Shown: positions 17,811 through 27,494 of the stretch, piece after piece
How positions within the stretch are numbered: the first letter of the stretch is position 1
How the letters are laid out: every line of letters starts with the position of its first letter
Assembly (NCBI GenBank): GCA_000743035.1
Contig: CP008936.1
Span: 1,200,001 to 1,232,000, forward strand
DNA length: 32,000 bases
Origin: Candidatus Paracaedimonas acanthamoebae
Lineage (GTDB): Bacteria > Pseudomonadota > Alphaproteobacteria > Caedimonadales > Caedimonadaceae
Direction: 5' to 3'
Program-made: the position numbers and the translations under genes
The notes under the pieces: generated by a model
The model's database searches: none
The model's input: the letters and a program-made list of their open reading frames with translations, nothing else
Told to the model about the DNA's origin: nothing

Positions 17811-18381
17811 TGAATAGCTCTTCTGCTCTTGTTTTAGGAAAGTTATATGTGATGTTCAGAGTAGGCTCAATCAAAAGAGAAGGAAAGATTCTTACCAATT
17901 TCTTTTCACTGGTCTCTACTCCTTTTTGGGAGATTGAACCAATCCCAAGATTATTTTGTACCATTTTTAATATAGCAGTTCCTAAGTTCACTTGAACAAA
18001 GGGAATAAAAGTAAGAGGTAGAAATTCAAGGAGTTAGCAGTCAAAAACATGGACCATAATGCGTGATGTATCCATATATACAAACCTCATATATCAAATT
18101 AAAAATAGGCGTATCCTAAAGAACTTCAGTATGGTTAAAATATTCCAAGGTTGCCCAAAAGCGACTAAGAAACAAAAAGAAAAATTGGTTCCCCTTTTTC
18201 TCCCCCTATTATTCAACTGATTCTTCCTCCTTCCTTTACTGGTTCTATTCCCTCCTTATAATTCATGCTCTCTCTTGCTTACTGCCTATCTTTAGGCACT
18301 TTAAAGATCAGATTTAAGAAGAATATAGTTAAATTTTTATCCATCTTAACTTTTTAATAACCATTCCCCCATAAAGCTATT

Positions 18382-18588
18382 TTAGTGCTCTACTAAGGCA
18401 GTGATTTTTCTTTCAATACTAGCGTTCAAGACTGCAGACATACACGCGGATCCGATTCTTGTGGCATCGTTCGGAGTTTTTGGCTCTGATATTAGAAAAG
18501 TTGGCCAACCACATGGCCTCGTCTCTGCTCCATTTGCCACGCCGCAGCCGCTTATGATGCTCAATTCAGCGCAAAATACAAAGCTCAC
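18382..18588 (-). pseudogene. Short relic resembling the active-site-loop region of a cysteine desulfurase (IscS/NifS class)
   Basis: The minus-frame peptide is ..GVANGAETRPCGWPTFLISEPKTPNDATRIGSACMSAVLNASIERKITAL.. . Compare the IscS pattern ..NG....P..LN(V/I)SF..(20 aa)..[21 protein letters not shown]. The GSAC.SA.L..S motif is kept, with the Cys codon at 18442-18444. Only ~60 codons remain, the spacing is shortened, and there is no N-terminal body. The segment is ~50% GC against ~17-30% in its flanks. Confidence 0.4.
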
Positions 18589-18640
18589 GAAATCTCTCTC
18601 AAATTAGGACATCGATTCTAAGAAAAATTATTAAAAAGTA

Positions 18641-18671
18641 TTGACAATGCCTTGTCCCCAAAGCATATATA
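18641..18671 (+). promoter_or_regulatory. Candidate promoter of rpmJ-rpoZ
   Basis: A perfect TTGACA sits at 18641-18646. An AT-rich -10 candidate (CATATATA, 18664-18671) follows at 17-19 nt spacing. The GGAGA SD at 18696-18700 precedes the rpmJ ATG. Confidence 0.35.
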
Positions 18672-18707
18672 AGTTTATTGTTGAATGATGACACTGGAGA
18701 TGGCCAA

Positions 18708-18833
18708 ATGAAAATTGTTAACTCATTGAAATCGATGAAAACACGACATAAAGATTGCCGTATTATTCGTCGTCGCGGCCGAAACTATATTATTAACAAA
18801 ACGAATCCCCGCTTCAAAGCAAGACAAGGTTAG
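18708..18833 (+). CDS. rpmJ: 50S ribosomal protein L36
   Basis: This gene is not in the ORF track because it is under 60 aa. Hand translation gives [41 protein letters not shown] (41 aa, TAG stop at 18831-18833). A GGAGA SD lies 7 nt upstream. It matches the YkgO-like L36 pattern (..RH.DC..V.R.GR.Y.I.K.NPRFKA.QG). Confidence 0.9.
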   Translation: MKIVNSLKSMKTRHKDCRIIRRRGRNYIINKTNPRFKARQG

Positions 18834-18859
18834 TATTTCTACTAAATAAGGAAAATTTT

Positions 18860-19231
18860 ATGGCACGCGTTACTGTTGAAGATTGTGTTCGCAAAGTATC
18901 AAATCGCTTTGAACTTGTTCTAGTTGCATCACAACGTGCCCGTCAGATTGGTGCTGGATCTTTACTGACTGTTGATAGAGATAACGATAAAAATCCTGTT
19001 GTTGCACTTAGAGAGATTGCTGTTGGTACAGTTGAAGCTGATGCTCTTAAAGAGGGTTTAGTTAATTCTTTCCGGATTCAAGTTGAAAGTGACCCTCAAG
19101 AAGATGAGATTTCTGATTTTGTTGCTCAAGAAACATTACGTTTTCAACAACCCTCACATTCTTCTTTTGAAGATGATGAATCAGATGATGAAGATTTAGA
19201 AGAAGAAAAAGACGAAACTACTTCCCTTTAG
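18860..19231 (+). CDS. rpoZ: DNA-directed RNA polymerase subunit omega
   Basis: The N-terminus [30 protein letters not shown] is the canonical omega N-terminus. The tail is acidic. The gene sits directly upstream of spoT, as in many bacteria. Confidence 0.95.
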   Translation: MARVTVEDCVRKVSNRFELVLVASQRARQIGAGSLLTVDRDNDKNPVVALREIAVGTVEADALKEGLVNSFRIQVESDPQEDEISDFVAQETLRFQQPSHSSFEDDESDDEDLEEEKDETTSL

Positions 19232-19341
19232 CCTATTTAAGCTGCTACTATATATCAAGGATTAAACGTAAACACGGTTAAGGCTAAACCCCATTGTAGA
19301 AATTAAGGCTCAGTGTTTGCGTCAATTAAAAAAGCAACACT

Positions 19342-21480
19342 ATGATTCAGCAGCATGCATTAATTGAAAAAGTAAGATCTTACGATCCAACCCTTGATGA
19401 AGACAAGTTCAATCGCGCTTACCTTTTTTCTATGAAAGTTCATGGAGAACAAGTGCGCGCCTCTGGAGATCCCTATTTCTCTCATCCGCTTGAAGTTGCT
19501 GGCATCTTATCTGATATGAAATTGGATGGAGCGACGATTATGACCGCTCTTCTTCATGATACCGTAGAAGATACAGGAGCTACACTTGAAGAGATACGCA
19601 AATTATTTGGCGATGAAATTGCAGGGCTTGTTAATGGTGTCACAAAATTAACGCAAATTGAATTACAATCTTCTCAAACAAAACAAGCAGAAAATCTTCG
19701 CAAACTTGTCCTTGCCATGTCGAATGATATTCGCGTCTTGCTTGTTAAGCTTGCAGATCGACTTCATAACATGCGTACGCTTCATCATGTTTCGTCTGAA
19801 GATAAACGCCGGCGCATTGCGAGAGAGACGATTGAGATTTATGCGCCTTTAGCTGAACGTATAGGAATGCACCATATAAAAGATGAACTTGAAGACCTTT
19901 CTTTCAAGATTCTTAATCCTGACGCGCGTGAATCAATTGTGACTCGTTTAAATTTTCTTGAACGAGAAGGTGGAGATATTGTTAAAAAGATTATTAAAGA
20001 ACTTAAAAGTGTCTTTAAAAACTCTAACTTAAAAGCAGAAGTTTCTGGTCGTGTAAAAACACCCTATTCCATTTGGCGTAAAATGCATCGGAAAAATGTA
20101 GCCATCGAGCAACTTTCTGATATTATGGCTTTTCGCATTCTTGTTAATACAATCCCAGATTGTTATCAAGCACTTGGGATTATCCATAGTAGCTATATTG
20201 TTGTCCCTTCGCGCTTTAAAGATTATATTAGTACACCTAAACCTAATAATTACCAATCTCTTCACACCAGTGTTATTGGTCCTTTAAAACATCGTATTGA
20301 GATCCAAATTCGAACACATGAGATGCACACTATTTCTGAATATGGCGTGGCAGCTCATTGGCAATATAAACAAGGGAAAAATACAGATCATAAACAATAT
20401 CATTGGCTACGGAGCCTTTTGGAAATTTTAGAGCATGCTGCAGGTCCTGAGGAGTTTCTTGAGCATACAAAACTTGAAATGTTTCAAGATCAGGTTTTTT
20501 GCTTTACACCTGCAGGCGACCTTATTTCTCTGCCTCGAGGTGCAACTCCTATTGATTTTGGCTACGCAATTCACTCTGCTGTCGGAAATCATTGTGTTGG
20601 CGCCAAAATAAATGGTCGAATGGTTCCATTGCGCACAGTTCTTCATAATGGAGATCAAGTGGAGATTACGACTTCAAAGTCACAAACTCCTTCCCCTACC
20701 TGGGAACGCTTCGTTGTCACAGGCAAGGCCCGTGCCCATATTCGACGCTTCATTCGCACCCAGCAACGCGCGCAATTTATTGAATTGGGGCGCTCAATTT
20801 TACAAAAATCCTTTCATCATGAGAACTTGGAATTTTCTGAAAAATTCCTTGAAACAATCCTTGCTAAATTTAAATGCCAAACTGTAGATGATCTATTTTC
20901 AATCCTCGGAGAAGGACAGCATACAAGTTATGAAATTATCCGAGCAGCCTACCCTGATTTTCGTGCAAAGAATCCTATCGATCTACAACCTATTGTCTCT
21001 AAAGCGAAATTTATTCCTAAAGAAAAGGATGCTATTGTTTCTATCCGGGGTCTTATCCCAGGAATGGCCGTACACTATGCAAAATGCTGTCACCCATTGC
21101 CAGGTGATAAAATTGTTGGAATCGTGATGACAGGCACGGGAGTCACTATTCACACTTATGATTGTGAAAATCTCAATAATTATGCCAATGAACCAGAACG
21201 CTGGATTGATGTTGCTTGGGACTCTCACAATGAACAGAAGCATTACCTTGCTCGCACAAATGTGTTTGTTAATAACCAACCTGGAGCACTTGCAAATCTT
21301 ACGACAATCATCAGTAAACACAACGCTAATATAGCCAATCTTAAAATTAGCCATCGCGGGGACACTTTTTTTGAATTCATCATTGATATTGAAGTAAAAG
21401 ATGCCGATCACCTAAGCAATATTATCGCAAGCCTACGAGCTTCGTCCCTGGTCATCTCGGTCGACCGAGTTAAGCATTAA
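19342..21480 (+). CDS. spoT: Bifunctional (p)ppGpp synthetase/hydrolase (RelA/SpoT homologue)
   Basis: The 712-aa ORF has an HD hydrolase domain (HPLEVA..LHDTVEDT) and a synthetase domain (RVKTPYSIWRKM..YQSLHT). It also has TGS (VFCFTPAGDLISLPRGATPIDFAY) and a C-terminal ACT-like domain. Confidence 0.96.
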   Translation: MIQQHALIEKVRSYDPTLDEDKFNRAYLFSMKVHGEQVRASGDPYFSHPLEVAGILSDMKLDGATIMTALLHDTVEDTGATLEEIRKLFGDEIAGLVNGVTKLTQIELQSSQTKQAENLRKLVLAMSNDIRVLLVKLADRLHNMRTLHHVSSEDKRRRIARETIEIYAPLAERIGMHHIKDELEDLSFKILNPDARESIVTRLNFLEREGGDIVKKIIKELKSVFKNSNLKAEVSGRVKTPYSIWRKMHRKNVAIEQLSDIMAFRILVNTIPDCYQALGIIHSSYIVVPSRFKDYISTPKPNNYQSLHTSVIGPLKHRIEIQIRTHEMHTISEYGVAAHWQYKQGKNTDHKQYHWLRSLLEILEHAAGPEEFLEHTKLEMFQDQVFCFTPAGDLISLPRGATPIDFGYAIHSAVGNHCVGAKINGRMVPLRTVLHNGDQVEITTSKSQTPSPTWERFVVTGKARAHIRRFIRTQQRAQFIELGRSILQKSFHHENLEFSEKFLETILAKFKCQTVDDLFSILGEGQHTSYEIIRAAYPDFRAKNPIDLQPIVSKAKFIPKEKDAIVSIRGLIPGMAVHYAKCCHPLPGDKIVGIVMTGTGVTIHTYDCENLNNYANEPERWIDVAWDSHNEQKHYLARTNVFVNNQPGALANLTTIISKHNANIANLKISHRGDTFFEFIIDIEVKDADHLSNIIASLRASSLVISVDRVKH

Positions 21481-21492
21481 GCACCAAAACTA

Positions 21493-21523
21493 AGAGCGCT
21501 TTCTTTCAAAAGCGCCCTATTTT
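21493..21523. terminator. Bidirectional intrinsic terminator between convergent spoT and lon
   Basis: AGAGCGCTTT (21493-21502) pairs with AAAGCGCCCT (21509-21518). That is a 10-bp stem with one mismatch and a 6-nt loop. The stem is flanked by TTTT on the plus side and a T-rich run on the minus side. Confidence 0.65.
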
Positions 21524-21545
21524 CTTAAGAACTGATATTGTCTCC

Positions 21546-23969
21546 TTAAAAACTTAATTCTTGCGATTGTTGATGCTTAAAAGGCTCTTCTTTACGATTC
21601 TCTATTGAGGCCTGCCCATCAATGGGCTGTGGAGTGCGTATAAGAGCATTCTTAATAACTTCTTCCACATTTTTAACAGGAATAATTTGTAGCCCTTTTT
21701 TCACGATCTCGGGAATCTCTGCCAGGTCTTTTTGATTATCATAAGGGATTAGCACTATCTTAATCCCCCCTCTTAATGCCGCTAATAACTTTTCTTTAAG
21801 TCCCCCTATTCCAAGAACACGCCCTCGAAGAGTAACTTCACCCGTCATTGCGATATCCTTACGGATAGGGATGCCAGTTAGCACAGATACAATAGAGGTA
21901 CACATCGCGATTCCTGCTGAAGGTCCGTCCTTTGGCGTTGCTCCTTCGGGAACATGCACATGAATATCGTGCTTTTCAAATAAAAGGGGCTCGATTCCAA
22001 ACTGGGTAGCACGAGATCGTACGAAGCTTGCAGCAGCTTGAATAGACTCTTGCATTACTTCTCCAAGTTTACCAGTTGTCTTGATCTTTCCTCGCCCTGG
22101 AAGCATGACAGCTTCAATCATCAAGATATCCCCACCAACTTCTGTCCAGGCAAGCCCCGTGGTAACACCAATAAGATCTTCACTTTCGCTCACACCATAA
22201 GAATACCTAGGAATACCTGCATAAGTTTCAAGGTTTTCTTCGGTGACTTCAATTTTTTTAGTGTTTTTTGTGAGAATTTCTTTTGTTGCTTTCCGAAGAA
22301 GATTGGCAAGCTCTCGCTCAAGATTACGCACCCCAGCTTCTCTTGTATAAGTGCGGATCAACTGGCGCAGAGCCTTATCACTAATCGACCATTCACCATC
22401 CTTAAGCCCATTTGCTTTCATTTCTTTTGGAATTAAATGACGGTGACAAATCTCTGCTTTCTCTTCTTCAGTATAACCTGGCAACCGAATAATTTCTAAG
22501 CGATCGAGCAAAGGCTGTGGCATATTAAGACTATTTGCCGTTGTCACGAACATCACATCAGAAAGATCATAATCAACTTCCAGATAATGATCATTGAAAC
22601 TATTGTTCTGCTCGGGGTCTAAGACTTCAAGCAATGCAGATGTGGGATCGCCTCGCCAATCAGCGCCAAGCTTATCAATCTCATCGAGCAAGAAAAGAGG
22701 ATTTGCTGATGCCGCTTTTTTCATTCCTTGAATGATCTTTCCTGGCATTGAACCAATATAAGTACGTCGATGTCCCCGTATTTCAGCTTCATCACGCACA
22801 CCGCCTAAAGCCATGCGAACATAATTACGACCTGTTGCTCGTGCAATGGAACGACCTAAAGACGTTTTTCCTACACCAGGTGGTCCGACAAGACATAAGA
22901 TAGGACCTTTTAATTTTCCAACGCGTGTTTGAACCGCAAGATATTCAATAATTCGTTCTTTAACTTTTTCTAAGCCATAGTGATCTTCATCTAAAATTTG
23001 TTGTGCTTTATCAAGATCATTCTTAATTTTTGTATTTTTTTTCCATGGAATCGACAAAAGCCAATCTAAATAATTACGAACAACTGTCGCCTCAGAAGAC
23101 ATTGGACTCATTGTTCTTAATTTTTTAATCTCATTTTGAGCTTTAGCTCTTGCTTCTTTACTTAACTTGGTTCTTGCAATTTTTTGCTCAAGCTCAGAAA
23201 TTTCATCTTTACCTTCTTCGGTCTCGCCCAGTTCTTTTTGAATCGCCTTCATTTGCTCATTGAGGTAGTATTCTCTTTGAGATTTTTCCATCTGTTTTTT
23301 AACACGTGTTCGAATGCGTTTCTCAGTTTGAAGAACACTAATTTCACCTTCCATATAGGCGCAGATTTTTTCAAACCTCTCCTCAAGCGACGAAATTTCA
23401 AGAAGTCTCTGCTTATCTAGGACTCGAAGTGTTAGATGCGCAGCAATTGTATCAATCAACTTATCAGGTTGTTCAATGCGCGTGATTGAGACGAGAACAT
23501 CTGGGGGAATATTATTATTTAGTTTTGAATAATGCTCAAAAAGTCCCAACGCTGTACGTGCAAGCGCTTCAAGCTCAGGTGTTGGTGTAATAATTCCGGA
23601 ATCTAAAATCTCTGCGTAGGCTTGAAAATATTCAAGACTTTCATCAAAACGCAAGATACGAGCTCGGTCAATACCTTCTACGAGCACTTTCACAGTACCA
23701 TCTGGTAATTTTAAAAGTTGGATAATTTGCCCTAGAGAACCAAAAGAATAAAGATCTCGTGTTTTCGGATCATCTGTAGTCGCTTCTTTTTGCGTTACAA
23801 GTAAAATCCTATGATCCAGCTTCATAGCTGCTTCCAACGCTTTAACCGATCTTTCACGTCCCACGAATAATGGCACAATCATATGAGGGAAAACTACGAT
23901 ATCCCTTAAAGGTAATACTGGTAACAAAGTTCCATACGGAAGCTCTAGAGCTTTTGTTGTTTTTGCCAA
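21546..23969 (-). CDS. lon: ATP-dependent Lon protease
   Basis: The 807-aa ORF has a LON N-domain, AAA+ Walker [10 protein letters not shown] and the protease catalytic site PKDGPSAG. It starts at TTG (complement of 23967-23969) with an AGAGG SD upstream. Confidence 0.97.
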   Translation of the reverse strand: MAKTTKALELPYGTLLPVLPLRDIVVFPHMIVPLFVGRERSVKALEAAMKLDHRILLVTQKEATTDDPKTRDLYSFGSLGQIIQLLKLPDGTVKVLVEGIDRARILRFDESLEYFQAYAEILDSGIITPTPELEALARTALGLFEHYSKLNNNIPPDVLVSITRIEQPDKLIDTIAAHLTLRVLDKQRLLEISSLEERFEKICAYMEGEISVLQTEKRIRTRVKKQMEKSQREYYLNEQMKAIQKELGETEEGKDEISELEQKIARTKLSKEARAKAQNEIKKLRTMSPMSSEATVVRNYLDWLLSIPWKKNTKIKNDLDKAQQILDEDHYGLEKVKERIIEYLAVQTRVGKLKGPILCLVGPPGVGKTSLGRSIARATGRNYVRMALGGVRDEAEIRGHRRTYIGSMPGKIIQGMKKAASANPLFLLDEIDKLGADWRGDPTSALLEVLDPEQNNSFNDHYLEVDYDLSDVMFVTTANSLNMPQPLLDRLEIIRLPGYTEEEKAEICHRHLIPKEMKANGLKDGEWSISDKALRQLIRTYTREAGVRNLERELANLLRKATKEILTKNTKKIEVTEENLETYAGIPRYSYGVSESEDLIGVTTGLAWTEVGGDILMIEAVMLPGRGKIKTTGKLGEVMQESIQAAASFVRSRATQFGIEPLLFEKHDIHVHVPEGATPKDGPSAGIAMCTSIVSVLTGIPIRKDIAMTGEVTLRGRVLGIGGLKEKLLAALRGGIKIVLIPYDNQKDLAEIPEIVKKGLQIIPVKNVEEVIKNALIRTPQPIDGQASIENRKEEPFKHQQSQELSF

Positions 23970-24064
23970 GGATCAACCTCTTTTATTTCAAATAGTTTAC
24001 ATACACCTACTTTAAAATAGTATAATCAGGGTGATGAAATAAAGGAATAGAAATTTAAAAAAGT

Positions 24065-25330
24065 CTACGCTTGACTTCCTTTGCTTTTTAATTTTTCGCC
24101 ATAGACGAGCAAAGGTTCAGTTCTACCTTCCACAACTTCTCGGTTAATGACAACTTCTTCAATGTCCTCTCGCCCAGGAAGATCAAACATGGTATCAAGC
24201 AAGATATCTTCCATAATTGAACGAAGTCCTCGAGCCCCAGTATTTCTTGAAATCGCTTTTTGCGCAATTCCAGATAAAGCATCTTCAGTAAACTCTAAAC
24301 GAACTTTTTCCATTTCAAAAAGCTTTTGATATTGTTTTACAAGAGCATTTTTCGGTGTTTGCAAGATTTCAATGAGTGACTCTTCATTTAGGTCTTCGAG
24401 CGTAGCAACGACAGGTAAACGCCCTACAAATTCAGGAATAAGGCCATACTTCAAAAGGTCTTCTGGCTCGATTTCACGTAAAATCTCACCCGTACGACGA
24501 TCTTCAGGTAACTTTACATCGGCTCCAAAACCAATGGATGAACCTTTCCCACGAGCCGCAATAATTTTTTCAAGTCCTGCGAAAGCTCCACCACAAATAA
24601 ACAGAATATTTGTAGTATCAACTTGCAAAAACTCTTGCTGAGGATGCTTCCGGCCACCTTGAGGCGGAACGGAAGCAATTGTACCTTCCATAATTTTGAG
24701 CAAGGCTTGCTGTACACCTTCACCAGATACATCCCGCGTAATTGAAGGATTATCGGATTTTCGTGAAATTTTATCAACTTCATCAATATAAACAATGCCC
24801 CGCTGAGCCTTTTCAACATTATATTCAGCAGCTTGTAGAAGTTTTAAAATGATATTCTCAACATCTTCGCCGACATAACCTGCTTCAGTTAAGGTTGTTG
24901 CATCTGCAATTGTAAATGGCACATCCAAGATGCGAGCAAGTGTTTGAGCTAATAAGGTCTTTCCACATCCTGTTGGACCAATGAGAAGAATATTTGATTT
25001 AGCAAGCTCAATCTCATTTGAACGCCCAATAGAGTTAATTCGTTTATAATGATTGTAAACAGCAACAGCAAGAACACGCTTTGCATGTGCTTGACCGATC
25101 ACATAATCATTAAGAACTTTTACAATTTCTTTTGGTGATGGTATCCCACCTTCATTTGAAGAAAATCCTCCAACTTTATTCTCTTCTCGAATAATTTCAA
25201 TACATAAATCCACACATTCATCACAGATGAATACACTTGGCCCAGCAATTAATTTTTTAACTTCATGCTGGCTTTTTCCACAAAAAGAGCAGTGAAGAGT
25301 ATCTTTAACGGAATCGTCGTTTTTACTCAT
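24065..25330 (-). CDS. clpX: ATP-dependent Clp protease ATP-binding subunit ClpX
   Basis: The 421-aa ORF has an N-terminal zinc finger (CSFCGK..CDEC), Walker A GPTGCGKT and the IGF-type loop region. Confidence 0.98.
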   Translation of the reverse strand: MSKNDDSVKDTLHCSFCGKSQHEVKKLIAGPSVFICDECVDLCIEIIREENKVGGFSSNEGGIPSPKEIVKVLNDYVIGQAHAKRVLAVAVYNHYKRINSIGRSNEIELAKSNILLIGPTGCGKTLLAQTLARILDVPFTIADATTLTEAGYVGEDVENIILKLLQAAEYNVEKAQRGIVYIDEVDKISRKSDNPSITRDVSGEGVQQALLKIMEGTIASVPPQGGRKHPQQEFLQVDTTNILFICGGAFAGLEKIIAARGKGSSIGFGADVKLPEDRRTGEILREIEPEDLLKYGLIPEFVGRLPVVATLEDLNEESLIEILQTPKNALVKQYQKLFEMEKVRLEFTEDALSGIAQKAISRNTGARGLRSIMEDILLDTMFDLPGREDIEEVVINREVVEGRTEPLLVYGEKLKSKGSQA

Positions 25331-25437
25331 TTCTTTTTTACCTTTATTCCTTAATTTTTAGCTGAGCTACATTTACACGTCCAGAGTGCCAAAAACCGGA
25401 TAATAAAAAGTTAACGTTCAAATTTAATTTATCATTT

Positions 25438-26055
25438 TTATACAAGAGCGCGATGAACCATCACTTCATCAACAATTCCGAAATCCTTGGCTTCATCTGC
25501 AGACATAAAATAGTCTCGCTCAACAGAAGCTTCAATAATACTTAAAGGTTTTCCAGTACGTTCAACAATGATTCCATTCAAGCGAGCGCGCAATTTCAAA
25601 ATCTCACGAGCCTGAATTTCGATATCTGTTGCCTGCCCTCTCGCACCACCGTGAGGTTGGTGAATCATGACACGAGAGTTTGGTAATGCAAAACGTTTCC
25701 CTTTTTCTCCTGAACATAACAATAAGGCTCCCATAGACGCTGCTTGTCCTAAAACAATCGTTGAGACATCTGGACGGATATATTGCATTGTATCATAAAT
25801 AGCCAAACCTGAAGTGACAACACCACCTGGGGAGTTGATATAAAAGGAAATATCCTTTTTAGGATTTTCGGCTTCAAGAAAAAGGAACTGGGCACAGATA
25901 AGACTTGCAATGTCATCATTAACTTCACCGCTTAAAAAGACGATACGCTCTTTAAGAAGTCGCGAATAAATATCAAAAGAGCGCTCGCCACGAGCTGTTT
26001 GCTCGATCACCATTGGAACAAGCGTATTCGTATATTGATTAACGATGTCTACCAC
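25438..26055 (-). CDS. clpP: ATP-dependent Clp protease proteolytic subunit ClpP
   Basis: The 205-aa ORF has the catalytic context GQAASMGA and MIHQP. It starts at GTG (complement of 26053-26055), preceded by AGGAGG with a 5-nt spacer. Confidence 0.97.
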   Translation of the reverse strand: MVDIVNQYTNTLVPMVIEQTARGERSFDIYSRLLKERIVFLSGEVNDDIASLICAQFLFLEAENPKKDISFYINSPGGVVTSGLAIYDTMQYIRPDVSTIVLGQAASMGALLLCSGEKGKRFALPNSRVMIHQPHGGARGQATDIEIQAREILKLRARLNGIIVERTGKPLSIIEASVERDYFMSADEAKDFGIVDEVMVHRALV

Positions 26056-26091
26056 TGAATCCTCCTATTTCTAGTGGGCAGAAACATGAAC

Positions 26092-27459
26092 TTAGTTCAC
26101 TTCCTCGCCTTCTGTAATTTCTTTAATTCTTTTTTGAAGCTCTTCAAAACTGATCTCTTTATCTTTTAAAGCTACTTTTTCAGTAATGAGCTTAATCACT
26201 TTATCCTCAAAGATTGGTGCACGCAAAGAAGCTAGAGCTTGAGGATTATTGCGATAATATTCAACAACCTTCATCTCATGTCCTTTATACCGCATGGCTT
26301 CATTATAAACAGCTTGATCCAATTCTTTTTGTGAGACAGTGACCTGATGCTCTCGCCCGATTTCAGCAAGCACCAAACCAAGCCTAACGCGCCGCTCAGC
26401 AATACCTTGATATTGCTTTCTTAGCTTTTCTTCTTCTTTGGGATCCAAACCATGCTGACAGGTTTCCCCTTCTGCATGATTATGATCATGATGAAGTTCA
26501 TTTTCTAATTGGCGCCAAATGGATTGAAACTCAAGTTCAACCAACCCTTGTGGAAGATCAAAGTGGAATTCTTCTGAAAATTTATCAAGAACCTTGCGCT
26601 TGATATCAAGAAAAGAAAGTTGCTCATACTCTCTTGTGATCATCTTCTCAACTTGATCTTTAAGTTCTGTAAGATCTTTAAACTTTAGCTTAACAGCTAA
26701 TTCATCATCTATTGTAGGTTCAACAACTTCAAGAACTTCTGCAATTTTAAGACTAAATTTTGCTTCTTTTCCTGCAAGTTCTTGAGAACCATAATCTGCT
26801 GGAAAAGTAACAAAGATATCTTTTTGATCCCCTGCTTTCATTCCAACAATTTGCTCTTCAAAGCCAGGGATAAAAGTGCCTGAGCCTAATTCTAGGACCG
26901 TATCAGCTGAAGAACCGCCAGGAATCAATTTATCATCAATTGTTCCACGAAATGAAAGACGTACAGCATGACCATTCTCAGCTTTTATCTCTGCATCAAG
27001 AAGCTTATGCTCGCGTGAAGAATGAGCCATTTTCTTAAGGCTATCCGTGACCGTCTGAGGATCAACCTTTGCCTTTAACTGCTCAAAGGAATATTTACTA
27101 AGATCAACTTTTCCAACTTCTGGGAGGACCTCAAGAGAAATATTTAAACTTAAATCTTGACCTTCCTCAGCACTTTCGAATTCCACTTTTGGCTGAAGAG
27201 CAACCTTTAATTCTTTCTCTTGAACAAGCTTTTTCATACTTTCATCCAATAACTTCTGAATAACTTCACCTTTGACAGAAGTTTCATATCGTTGTCGTAG
27301 AATTGGCAAGGGGATGTGACCTGGACGGAATCCAGCCACTTTTGTTGTTTTGCCTAGCTCAAGTAGGCGCTCATCCATCTTTTCAGCAACTTGTGCTGCT
27401 GGAATATTCAGATGATATTGGTGCAACAACCCTTCAACCTTTTTTTGTGTCATTTGCAT
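26092..27459 (-). CDS. tig: Trigger factor
   Basis: Homology begins at MQMTQKKVEGLLHQYHLNIP..GFRPGHIPLPILRQRY and includes an FKBP-type PPIase middle domain. The ATG is the complement of 27457-27459 (alternative at 27451-27453). The track ORF (to 27573) runs through tRNA-Leu and is an artefact. Confidence 0.93.
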   Translation of the reverse strand: MQMTQKKVEGLLHQYHLNIPAAQVAEKMDERLLELGKTTKVAGFRPGHIPLPILRQRYETSVKGEVIQKLLDESMKKLVQEKELKVALQPKVEFESAEEGQDLSLNISLEVLPEVGKVDLSKYSFEQLKAKVDPQTVTDSLKKMAHSSREHKLLDAEIKAENGHAVRLSFRGTIDDKLIPGGSSADTVLELGSGTFIPGFEEQIVGMKAGDQKDIFVTFPADYGSQELAGKEAKFSLKIAEVLEVVEPTIDDELAVKLKFKDLTELKDQVEKMITREYEQLSFLDIKRKVLDKFSEEFHFDLPQGLVELEFQSIWRQLENELHHDHNHAEGETCQHGLDPKEEEKLRKQYQGIAERRVRLGLVLAEIGREHQVTVSQKELDQAVYNEAMRYKGHEMKVVEYYRNNPQALASLRAPIFEDKVIKLITEKVALKDKEISFEELQKRIKEITEGEEVN

Positions 27460-27494
27460 AAAAGTGTTACCTGTCTCTAAAAATGTTGACCTTA

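Noticed and set aside
17758-17995. A pair of overlapping ORFs (17758-17991 minus, 17810-17995 plus) as a small toxin-antitoxin-like or antisense gene pair.
   Set aside because: There is no SD, and no similarity to any TA family I know. The region is the eroded continuation of the DMT pseudogene, and open frames of this size are expected by chance in such DNA.
18401-18607. The plus-strand 68-aa ORF in the GC spike, and the idea that the spike is a 6S, SRP, tmRNA, RNase P or riboswitch RNA.
   Set aside because: I found none of the diagnostic motifs. Missing are the RNase P GGAAAGUCCGG, the SRP GGAAGCAGCC-type tetraloop helix, a tmRNA tRNA-like end, and a fluoride or TPP riboswitch core. I also found no long closing stem of 6S type by eye. 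The minus frame gives a better explanation (the GSAC.SA.L..S desulfurase loop), which makes the plus ORF a shadow. The ncRNA alternative is still listed as a test.
19658-21411. Multiple 60-140 aa ORFs on both strands inside spoT (for example 20983-21411 minus and 20612-20887 plus).
   Set aside because: All are nested within or antisense to a full-length, motif-complete RelA/SpoT homologue. None has an SD or a recognisable domain.
23970-24064. A sigma32 heat-shock promoter upstream of lon.
   Set aside because: A heat-shock promoter is expected on biological grounds. I could not find a convincing CTTGAA-N13-15-CCCCAT-like pair in the 95-nt spacer, so I make no call.
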